Positions 55,902-64,000 of a stretch of 64,000 nt of DNA are shown one piece after another. The DNA comes from a virus: IMG/VR virus record IMGVR_UViG_3300021091_005099, positions 49,994 to 113,993 of that record; one strand, written 5' to 3'. The notes below the pieces were generated by a model that saw only the letters and a program-made list of their open reading frames with translations, made no database searches and was not told where the DNA came from. A program made the position numbers and the translations under genes. How positions within the stretch are numbered: position 1 is the stretch's first letter; every line of letters begins with the position of its first letter.

Positions 55902-57728
55902 TTATGAAGGACTACCTGAATCACCACCTCCAGCAGCGAGGTAGAGGACTGCAGACAGGAAGCTAGAATCTGCAAAGGTCACTGTGAATATAGCTGTTTT
56001 GCTGCCAGCAAAAAAAGGATTTATAGTCAGTATTAAAGTGCTTAATGATGTAATTTCTGTAGGGTTTCCGTTTACAACTTCTAAATTTCCGCTCAATGAA
56101 CCGCCGCTGATGTCACTGCTGATGATACCTGTGATGTTGTAAGCCAGTGACATATTTGCTATGCCTCTTGTGGCCAAAGTCACTTTCACCTTATTTCCTG
56201 CACCAACATACAGTGGGCTGCTGTAAGGAATATATTGCGTGCCGGTTCCGGTGGTATCCAGTGACAATCCCAACGTGGACCTCTGCGCGTCATTCTGCGG
56301 ACCCATTATGGTCACGCTGCGTGATATCACCGACCCGCCGATCGTGTCATCCAATGTTAATGTGAACGTTTTGCTTGTCTGACCGACATCGCCAGCGGTC
56401 AATGTCAGGGTTCCAGAAGCTGTGTTGTCTTGCCCCGGTCCAACATTTTCCGTGAGAGCGATAGTGCCTGTCAATGCAGCGCCGCCGATGTCAGCACTGG
56501 TAACTCCCGTGATGGTATAGGCCTTGGGAGTGAAGTCCACGCCCTGCACATAGAGAGAGAACTGAATGGATTCACCCTGATAGGCGATAAAAGTATTGGC
56601 CGAAAGGGAGGCAGCGACTGGCCAAGTAGGAACTGTGCCATTGGGCCTCAATACAGCTTTTATGGTACCACTATCCACAGTCACAAACGTTGGAGTGTAG
56701 TACTTGTTGCCTTTTCTGCCGCGTATGAATATAAAACCACCTGGCACGAAAGGTATTTGACAGAAACCCTGTTCATCCGAATAGCCCGTTGCCTTGGTGA
56801 TTGGAGTGTCACCTCGTCGCTCCACCGTAACCTTTACACGTGACTTAGGTGACTCACCTGGTGGGTTAGGCTGTATAAAGACAGTTGAATCGTCATTGTT
56901 TGAGGAATCATCATCACCTTCATAAACTTGGCATTCAAATGGAAGGCTTCCGTAAACCCTATCCAGATTCCACCAACTGAAACTGGTCACTGGAAATTCA
57001 AAAATATTTGTGCCAGGCACACGATATGCCGTGCCCTCCAAATCCCACACGCCTGTGGATTCATCCAATCTGTATGTGCCTATGGTATCTGTGCCAATCG
57101 GATCTGGATCCACTGGCAATCTCACAGTGGCTCCAACGGTTGGGTCGAGAGACAATTCATCGCCTGTGACGGGATCGGTAAGGTTAACATTCAAAAATCC
57201 AAAACTCTCAATGGGTTCCAAGGTGCCGCTGTCATCACCCACAAAGGATCCGGGAAAGATGTCTAAGCTGCCTGTATCACTGATGCTGACATTCGTCAAC
57301 TGCACAGAGGCGCTGCTGACCGGGTTGCCGGCGTCGTCCACTATGGCGCCCGCTGGGAATTCCACGGTGGCGTTGTTTTCTGCCCTGGCAGTGTTGGTCA
57401 CTGTATTGACTGTGCTGTCTGCGTCGGAGATCGTCTGTGTGCTCCGAATATTTGCTGCGCTGGCCATGGTTATTGACATCTGGATCACTCCCGAGACGTT
57501 GACCGCTGTCTTCGCGGTGACGTAGCCCGCCTTGGTGGCAGTGATCACCTGCTGTCCCTTAGGCAGCAGATAGGTTAGGTTTGTACCTGTGTTGTAAGTT
57601 AAACTGATGTTGGCATTGGCGCTTGTGGTAATCGTGACTCCGCTGAGTCCGTTGCCCGCATCGTCCACCACATCGAAAAACGATCCCTGCGTCCTCATTG
57701 CCAATACGCTCCTGCTGAAACCTGGCAT
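55902..57728 (-). CDS. virion structural protein, beta-sandwich domains
   Basis: 608 aa; carboxypeptidase-regulatory-like segments, IESFG, W..EG, FSWWNLD. Confidence 0.6.
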   Translation of the reverse strand: MPGFSRSVLAMRTQGSFFDVVDDAGNGLSGVTITTSANANISLTYNTGTNLTYLLPKGQQVITATKAGYVTAKTAVNVSGVIQMSITMASAANIRSTQTISDADSTVNTVTNTARAENNATVEFPAGAIVDDAGNPVSSASVQLTNVSISDTGSLDIFPGSFVGDDSGTLEPIESFGFLNVNLTDPVTGDELSLDPTVGATVRLPVDPDPIGTDTIGTYRLDESTGVWDLEGTAYRVPGTNIFEFPVTSFSWWNLDRVYGSLPFECQVYEGDDDSSNNDDSTVFIQPNPPGESPKSRVKVTVERRGDTPITKATGYSDEQGFCQIPFVPGGFIFIRGRKGNKYYTPTFVTVDSGTIKAVLRPNGTVPTWPVAASLSANTFIAYQGESIQFSLYVQGVDFTPKAYTITGVTSADIGGAALTGTIALTENVGPGQDNTASGTLTLTAGDVGQTSKTFTLTLDDTIGGSVISRSVTIMGPQNDAQRSTLGLSLDTTGTGTQYIPYSSPLYVGAGNKVKVTLATRGIANMSLAYNITGIISSDISGGSLSGNLEVVNGNPTEITSLSTLILTINPFFAGSKTAIFTVTFADSSFLSAVLYLAAGGGDSGSPS

Positions 57729-57736
57729 CCTGCTCC

Positions 57737-59428
57737 CTATGAGTAGTCGTTGGCAATGTTCCCCAGGAACGCTGTACCGTCGTTGAATATGGACACAACG
57801 TCTATGGCGTTGGCCGCTGTGCTCAGCGTGGATGCAGCACTTGGAAATTTCACTGCTGTTGAAGCGTCTGTGCCAAAGGTGGCCGTGCGCAGGCCCGTGG
57901 CGTCCTGACGTATGATCAGGGTGACCCCACCGCCTGTGGGCAAGTTTGTTATTACAAATTCGGTGTTGGTGCCTAACGTTACTGTATGCACCGAAGCCAG
58001 CGAGCAGTCCACAGTGATGGTGCTGCTGGAAGTCAGTGAGTTAATGTCCTCTATGAAGCCCGCGTTGAACTTCACTGCGCTGTTCATGGCAATCTGTCCC
58101 GTGCCCTGTGTCTCAATTGTTAAGTCAGCATTGGAAGTTCTGCCTGTGATTGTATTAGTGTAAAAATTAGTAGCCACAGTAGCATTGTCCGTTAATATCC
58201 AGTTGGTCAATGTTTGATATCCATTCAGCGTGATGCTGCCCGTGCCGTTGCAGTCCAGTGTGATACCTTGATTGGTTGGGGTACTGATGGTGCTGCCTGC
58301 CATGGTCATTGACCCTATGATTGCAGAATATGGATTAGGTATGGATAGATCGCCACCCATGGTGATCTGTCCAGTGGTCATCGCTGACTGCACATCTACC
58401 ACTCCCGTGCCCTGCGCCAGTATCGCTAGGTTGGCGTTGGTGGCCGGTGATTGGATTCTGTCCGAATACACCGTGCCCTGCACAGTGGCGTCTCCTGTGG
58501 CGCTGAGGCTGGTGAAATTTCCTGCTGCTTTCACAGATAGACCAATGTCTGTGCCGTCGATGTTGCCGCCATTGATGTCAAAATTAGATCCTTCCACTTC
58601 CACAGAACCTGCTTCAAATTTTTTGCCCAGCGTGATGGTTTCTCCACCATTGCCTGTGTTGAAGGTAAGATAGGTGTTGCTGCCTTCTTTGATGGTCAAT
58701 GCAGTGGCTCTGTTGTCGGTCAATGCGATATTGATGTCATTGCCGCTGGCACTGATCGTGGCAGTGCTGAGATCACCTGTGACGTTACCTGTTACATTAC
58801 CTGTGACATTACCTGTGACATTGCCTGTCACATTGCCCGTCACTGCTCCTGTTAAATCTCCTGTCACTGATGTCGTGGTCAACACACCCGTGAATGGATT
58901 GTATGTGAATTCTGTGTCGGTTCTCGGCGAAAGATTTCCTGTGGCGGCGCTCACGAACAGAGGGAATCTCGTGGCATTGGTTGTGTTGTCTGCTGTCAAT
59001 GTCACCGCGGATGAATATGTGGCAGTGTCAGCATTGCCCGTCACGTTGCCTGTCACATTGCCTGTCAAAGGTCCTGCGAATGATGTGGCAGTCACGGCAC
59101 CTGTTATGCCCACCGCGCCGGTGATTGTGGTTGCTCCGGTGATGTTGGTAGCCGCCTGCAATTCTATGGTGGCTGCACCCATAGGATTCAAAATTATATT
59201 AGCATTTGATGATGTCGTGATTTCACTATTTTCAATAATGATATTATTGATGGTGGTCAGGCCATTGATGGTTGGGGTGGTTATCTGCGGCGAAGTGAAT
59301 GTATCCGCTGAGCTGTCATCCCCGTATAATTCTGCGAAATTGTCGTTAATTTTTTGGAATGCTGTGCGTAATGGATCACCCGTGCCGTCGTTTGCCGTGG
59401 ATCCTATGTTGATTATCTGCTTTGCCAT
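57737..59428 (-). CDS. tail fibre protein with T4 gp9/gp10-like N-terminus
   Basis: MAKQIINIGSTANDGTGDPLRTAFQKINDNFAELY; GNVT repeats; late promoter. Confidence 0.78.
   Translation of the reverse strand: MAKQIINIGSTANDGTGDPLRTAFQKINDNFAELYGDDSSADTFTSPQITTPTINGLTTINNIIIENSEITTSSNANIILNPMGAATIELQAATNITGATTITGAVGITGAVTATSFAGPLTGNVTGNVTGNADTATYSSAVTLTADNTTNATRFPLFVSAATGNLSPRTDTEFTYNPFTGVLTTTSVTGDLTGAVTGNVTGNVTGNVTGNVTGNVTGDLSTATISASGNDINIALTDNRATALTIKEGSNTYLTFNTGNGGETITLGKKFEAGSVEVEGSNFDINGGNIDGTDIGLSVKAAGNFTSLSATGDATVQGTVYSDRIQSPATNANLAILAQGTGVVDVQSAMTTGQITMGGDLSIPNPYSAIIGSMTMAGSTISTPTNQGITLDCNGTGSITLNGYQTLTNWILTDNATVATNFYTNTITGRTSNADLTIETQGTGQIAMNSAVKFNAGFIEDINSLTSSSTITVDCSLASVHTVTLGTNTEFVITNLPTGGGVTLIIRQDATGLRTATFGTDASTAVKFPSAASTLSTAANAIDVVSIFNDGTAFLGNIANDYS
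58775..58868 (-). repeat. degenerate 12-bp tandem repeat encoding (TGNV)n
   Basis: ACCTGTGACATT-like units; protein VTGDLTGAVTGNVTGNVTGNVTGNVTGNVTGDL. Confidence 0.8.
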
Positions 59429-59486
59429 ACTGATTATTTATGGATATTTTTATAAACCAAATGTGATTTATGTGCTGCTATAAACG

Positions 59487-62400
59487 TTAGGATATCACGA
59501 TCCTGTCGGTCATCCTTCTCCAATTGGTGCCATCATAGAATACGGGTTGTGCACCACCTGTTTCATCTGTGCAATATGCCAACGTACCAGCTGCTGGAGT
59601 TAACACTGATAACTGTGCCACGGTTCGATTGTATAATGTGAACAAACCACCCATGGTCAAATTGTCCGAAATCTGCATAGAGTCATTGATCTGTATGGTG
59701 GAACCGTCGCCGGAACTGATGGTGTTGGTGTCGATGGTGTCCACGCTCAATGAGCCGGATATGTTAACCGCATCATTTATTGTGATGGCGGAAGAATCTG
59801 GACTTGATATATTGTTGACAAATAAATCGGATGCAACATTTATGCTAGACTCTCCCACTAGAACATTGTCTTTGCCACCGATCAACGTAATTAAAATTTC
59901 TCTACCTTCTGCCACTGTGGTAGAATAACTAATCGCTGCTCCAGTGGAATATGTGCCATTGAAAGTTAGGACCTTTGCAGAACCAGATGTGTTTTCTACT
60001 TTCATAGTTTTGACAGTGGAGAATGTGTAATTGGTCAATGTACAAGTGATGTCTGCATTGAACCATAACTCAAAATGCCTGCCAGAACTCATGTTGATGG
60101 TTTGATTGGTGCTGACCGGCGATCCCGAACTGCCAAATTGCACTACTGTTCCGGTGATGTCATTTGCAAATAAATTGGCATTACACTCAACATTATCCAA
60201 TATCTGTATAGCGGAAGAATCATTGGAACTGATGGTGTTGACAAAAAGTTGAGATTTGACTTCTAGGTCATCATTGATCGTGACCGATGATGAATCGCCG
60301 GAACTGATCGCGTTGGTCACCACAGATGGTGTAACCAAAGAAGTGTTGGCTGTCAGTGTGCCGCTCACGTTCACGGCATCATTGATCTGTATCGCAGATG
60401 AATCCGCGGAACTGATGTTGTTGAGTTCCACAGTGTCCACGTACAGCGTATCGTCTATGACCACTTTACCTGTGCCGGACGTGCTTAATGTTAAATTCTC
60501 ATCGCTTCTCTCTGCGCTGATGGATGAGTCTTTGATGGTTAATCCTCCTAGATAGTTTGTCCAATCCGGAGAATCTATATAGATACCGTAATTATTGTCG
60601 GCCTCTGATACATTATTTGCCCTGAAGGCATAATAGTTATCCACTTGTGTGGTACCATTAGAAACGTAATTTCCGTTAGCAAGGAAAGCCACTATATCGT
60701 CAACGGTAGTGCTACCACCTTGAAATCCAAGATTGAATGATACTTGTGCACCATTCATAGCGTCAAAATTTAAAGTAGTGTTAGCTGCAACCGTATGGCA
60801 AGAAACATGCAAGCTCAATATCGCTGTTTCTGATATGTAGCCCTGGTTTAAACTATTGGTATTTTTAAAACAATTTTTTATTCCCATGGCAATCGGACCA
60901 CCTGAATAGCTTCTTGCAATACCTGAATTTCTCGAACTGCTATCTAAAGGGATGTCGGTTTCTGATACCAACGCACGACCAAAAACTTCCGTCCATAATT
61001 CTGTTTGATGTCCACGCCAATTTAAATCAGTGCCATCGTCGGGGTCCGCACCAAGCAATTGAATACTTGTGCTGGTGGAATTACCATACAGTCTCTCTGC
61101 ACCGGCTCCCATGGTGTATGCATACTGTGACAATGATGAAAGACCATATTCAAATGGAGGTTGGTAACCAGCACTCCTTACAGAGGTGAAGCTTGTGTTT
61201 CCAATTTTTAGATACCCGTCCTGGGAAGGAGATATCTCTATCTTGCCGGATGATCCTTCCTCCATGGTAATGTATCCATTCTGTATGGTAGGATTTTCTG
61301 AATTAGTTTGCAACGTTAAATTACCAGTACCATTGGAAGTTATGGTCACTGCCGTGTTGACATCTCCAACCCTGATGATATCAGCATCCAGATTGATATT
61401 GCCCACTCCGTTGGGCGAAATGGTCAGGTCTGCGTTGGTGGGACCTGTGGTGATGGTCTGTCCCTCTATCACTAGATCTCCTATGCTGCCTCCCCCTCCC
61501 CCCGAGGCGCTGATGGTGATGACGTCTCCGCTCACTGCCGTGGATATGCCCACACCTCCCGCAATTTTCAAAGTCTCGCCTGCGTTGAAGGTGGTGCCGG
61601 TCGAGTCATCTCCCACCACTGTCATTATGTTGCTGGTGACAGCATTCAAGCTGGATGTGGTTGCATATGGTGTTAAATCTGGTCCTGTTATCGTTACCAC
61701 AGAATCTCCGGTGGCCGAGGAATCGTCCGCCACCGAAACAGTGACGTTGCTGCTGCCTTGGATTACCAATGTCTCTCCCGGAGAGATTGTGGTACCCGTG
61801 GAATCATCCCCTACCACTCCGATTGGAGCGGCGGTTGTCATTACTGTGTTATCAGGAAATACTATCTCCGCAGCCTCTTGCAGATAGACATTATCAAAAA
61901 ATATACTTTCGTTATTGGCTGTGAATGTTCCATTGGCAGTGATAGTTCCCAAGGATGTCAAGTTGTCACTGATAGATCCATCGGTCATCACTGTGCCTAA
62001 AATTCCTGCATAAGGTAATGTACAAAGAGTGGTTATGGGGTCACCAGTTCTAAATGCTACAACATTGTCTGTAGCAGCAACTGATAATCCAGATCCACCA
62101 TTGGTCAATGTGAGTTGCAGAAGTTCTCCTGCAGAGTTATACACATGACTGAATGTGGCCGGGGTAAACGAAAGCTCGCCAGAAGGATACGGATCTCCTA
62201 CCTGCCATCCAGCCCATGCTCCACCACCTGCTACTGCAGTTTGTATATAAAGGTAAGTGTGATGATCATAAAACACTGTGTTAGCATCGAATAAAAACGC
62301 TGTGCCGGTGTTGTCAAGACCATTGACTGGTAGATCTGATTCATCAAATAAAACAATGCTGCTCAGTCCCTGCGTGCCTCGGAATCCACCTGGCAAGTTG

Positions 62401-63539
62401 AGCACTCCTCCGCTCTGAGTGATAGCTGCTCCATCAAAATCCAGAGATCCCGGACCAAGATATAGGGTGTGCCATCTTTTAGTGGTGCTGCCCAGGTATT
62501 GGGTATTATTGGTATTGGGCAACAGATCGCCTGACTTCAAAACTAAATCACCCGTGCCCGCTGGGCTCAACTCCATGTCTGCGTTGGAACTGGTGGTACT
62601 TAACTTGTTGCCAGAGAAAGTGAAATCTCCCAAGTCTGCTGCGGCTCCGGTTATGGTCAGGGTGTCACCTGATACCGCCGTGGTCACTGTGCCCGATCCC
62701 GCTATCTTGAATGTCTCTCCCAGGGTGACTGCAGTGCCTGTGCTGTCATCTCCCACGAAGCTGATGTTGTTGGCGAAAGCTCCTGACGCCACGTAACCTT
62801 CGAGATAGCTCTTGCTGACTGCATCATTGTCGTCCGATGGCGCTGCCACGTTTTTTATCCTGGCACCATCAACGTCGATGGCACCTGTGCCTGAAGTGGA
62901 CAATATTATGTCCGAATTGGAGTTGTATGCCAATATCTGATTGTCGTTTATGTTCAGCTCTGAGGTGTTGACAGTTTCCGATTCCAGAGTGCTAGCGGTC
63001 ACAGTGCCACTTACATTAAGGCTGTCGCCCACCTGGATGGCAGAGGAATCCTCCGAACTCAATGTGTTGGTTATCACGCCAGTGGATTTGACCGAGCCCG
63101 CGACTTCCAAGCCGTCGTTGATCACTATGATGGATGAATCATCGCTCTGTATAACATTGGTAACCACTGTGGGCGCAGATAGCGTGCCGGCGAAATTGGC
63201 GGCCCCTGTCACTGCCAATGATTCATCGATGGTTATGCTGGTGCTGTCATCTGAGCTGATCACGTTGTCTGTGATTCGAATATTTTTCAGCAACACCGAT
63301 CCGGTGCCATTGGGCTGCAGGCTGACGTTGCCGTTGGTTAGGCTAGTGGTCAATATGAAATTTCGTAGGTCTAGATCGCCGCCCAGCTGCGGAGTGATGT
63401 CCTCCACCAGGTCATTGGCCTCAGCGGTGGTTCCGTAAAGCTCGGTGAAATTGGTGTTGATCTTCTGCATCGCCGTGCGAAGATCATCACCCGTCCCGTC
63501 GTTTGCATTTGCTCCTACATTTATGTTGAGTCGTACCAT
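59487..63539 (-). CDS. long tail fibre protein with gp9/gp10-like N-terminus and internal repeats
   Basis: INVGANANDGTGDDLRTAMQKINTNFTELY; repeated N.ISSxDSSAI.I.D and VGDDSTGT units; C-terminal FYDGTNWRR. Confidence 0.78.
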   Translation of the reverse strand: MVRLNINVGANANDGTGDDLRTAMQKINTNFTELYGTTAEANDLVEDITPQLGGDLDLRNFILTTSLTNGNVSLQPNGTGSVLLKNIRITDNVISSDDSTSITIDESLAVTGAANFAGTLSAPTVVTNVIQSDDSSIIVINDGLEVAGSVKSTGVITNTLSSEDSSAIQVGDSLNVSGTVTASTLESETVNTSELNINDNQILAYNSNSDIILSTSGTGAIDVDGARIKNVAAPSDDNDAVSKSYLEGYVASGAFANNISFVGDDSTGTAVTLGETFKIAGSGTVTTAVSGDTLTITGAAADLGDFTFSGNKLSTTSSNADMELSPAGTGDLVLKSGDLLPNTNNTQYLGSTTKRWHTLYLGPGSLDFDGAAITQSGGVLNLPGGFRGTQGLSSIVLFDESDLPVNGLDNTGTAFLFDANTVFYDHHTYLYIQTAVAGGGAWAGWQVGDPYPSGELSFTPATFSHVYNSAGELLQLTLTNGGSGLSVAATDNVVAFRTGDPITTLCTLPYAGILGTVMTDGSISDNLTSLGTITANGTFTANNESIFFDNVYLQEAAEIVFPDNTVMTTAAPIGVVGDDSTGTTISPGETLVIQGSSNVTVSVADDSSATGDSVVTITGPDLTPYATTSSLNAVTSNIMTVVGDDSTGTTFNAGETLKIAGGVGISTAVSGDVITISASGGGGGSIGDLVIEGQTITTGPTNADLTISPNGVGNINLDADIIRVGDVNTAVTITSNGTGNLTLQTNSENPTIQNGYITMEEGSSGKIEISPSQDGYLKIGNTSFTSVRSAGYQPPFEYGLSSLSQYAYTMGAGAERLYGNSTSTSIQLLGADPDDGTDLNWRGHQTELWTEVFGRALVSETDIPLDSSSRNSGIARSYSGGPIAMGIKNCFKNTNSLNQGYISETAILSLHVSCHTVAANTTLNFDAMNGAQVSFNLGFQGGSTTVDDIVAFLANGNYVSNGTTQVDNYYAFRANNVSEADNNYGIYIDSPDWTNYLGGLTIKDSSISAERSDENLTLSTSGTGKVVIDDTLYVDTVELNNISSADSSAIQINDAVNVSGTLTANTSLVTPSVVTNAISSGDSSSVTINDDLEVKSQLFVNTISSNDSSAIQILDNVECNANLFANDITGTVVQFGSSGSPVSTNQTINMSSGRHFELWFNADITCTLTNYTFSTVKTMKVENTSGSAKVLTFNGTYSTGAAISYSTTVAEGREILITLIGGKDNVLVGESSINVASDLFVNNISSPDSSAITINDAVNISGSLSVDTIDTNTISSGDGSTIQINDSMQISDNLTMGGLFTLYNRTVAQLSVLTPAAGTLAYCTDETGGAQPVFYDGTNWRRMTDRIVIS

Positions 63540-63744
63540 TTGCTGTATTTACCGTTTTTTATCAAGACAAAACCACTTATTTTATAGTGTTTTACCTGCT
63601 GACTAGTTCCATTGCGAAGTGGGAGTGCCCAGCATCTGGAAAATCAGATAGGCCTGGGTCCAGCTGGTCCAAGTGGACAGCGGCTTGGCAGCCACATTAG
63701 ACATACCATATAAAGCATTAGATGCGGGTTTACACCGGAGAACT

Positions 63745-64000
63745 TCATACTCCGTACCTCCAGGCCACGCTGTTGAAATTCTGTTGGATCTCGGCCTGCG
63801 ATAACGCACGATTGTAAATCTTGCACAGTGCCCAATCCCCAGCAAGGGCAGAACCATCGCCCATGTTGGTGAAGTCTGCCACCATCAATGCATAGTATAA
63901 TTGAGGAGCACCGTTCTCCCATGGCACGAGTCTGGTCACGCTGGTGCTGGTAGTGGTAGATCCATTGATATACCCACGCAGGGTCGTGGTGGCATGGTCG
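63745..64000 (-). CDS. 3' end of LamG/concanavalin A-like virion protein (5' part outside window)
   Basis: YING... KIYNRALSQAEIQQNFN..RYG* is a typical LamG-like terminus. Confidence 0.7.
   Translation of the reverse strand, partial: DHATTTLRGYINGSTTTSTSVTRLVPWENGAPQLYYALMVADFTNMGDGSALAGDWALCKIYNRALSQAEIQQNFNSVAWRYGV

Noticed and set aside
58775-58868. Tandem repeats considered as a CRISPR array or DGR repeat
   Set aside because: 12-bp codon-degenerate units with no spacers, encoding GNVT fibre repeats; no reverse transcriptase or cas genes in the window.
1247-63438. Numerous long plus-strand ORFs in the track (e.g. 1589..2227, 38967..39545, 58674..59483, 61186..61887)
   Set aside because: They are antisense shadows of well-supported minus-strand genes and have no motifs; only 43711..44385 and 45669..46382 are credible on the plus strand.
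63603-63748. Possible short ORFs between the LamG gene end and the long fibre gene
   Set aside because: Several short frames compete and none has recognisable motifs, so no gene was called.
1-64000. Alternative genetic code, tRNA genes, introns or inteins
   Set aside because: Long genes are intact in code 11 with all three stop codons used; polymerase, ClpA and clamp loader have normal lengths; intergenic gaps are short and showed no cloverleaf by eye.

Overview
This is a 64-kb segment of a large T4-like/jumbo myophage genome. It is almost entirely coded on the minus strand; the only credible plus-strand genes are a DegT-type aminotransferase and phoH. From left to right: (1) a MoxR-type AAA ATPase with a HEXXH/vWA partner and a T4 RNase H-like nuclease; (2) a 7-deazaguanine DNA-modification and purine cluster (QueE, YhhQ transporter, purine PRTase, GuaC, FolE, GalE, glycosyltransferase, QueD-like, DpdA/TGT-fold, with no QueC visible) joined directly to the sliding clamp, a SAM methyltransferase and a family B DNA polymerase; (3) a block of probable internal-head proteins sharing an N-terminal M[KR]Ix E[IVF]xxE motif, interspersed with accessory enzymes (SpeD, Dps, flavodoxin, radical SAM, GH19 endolysin, SutA-like protein, nucleotidyltransferase-HAD fusion); (4) proteostasis genes (ClpA, peptide deformylase, DnaJ, GroES), holin and spanins, phoH, clamp loader, AT-rich islands and a truncated DnaE fragment; (5) baseplate and tail-fibre genes. 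Two promoter classes are visible: sigma70-like TTGACA/TATAAT, and a late TAAATA motif 5-7 nt before start codons, implying leaderless mRNAs. The most notable candidate system is a DpdA whose C-terminus (NNFSSLFE) mimics the polymerase C-terminus (NTFNRLFE). It is translationally coupled to the sliding clamp and clustered with sugar-transfer genes, suggesting replisome-tethered and possibly glycosylated deazaguanine DNA modification. All calls come from motif recognition by eye; no database searches were run. No tRNA, rRNA or CRISPR array was seen.
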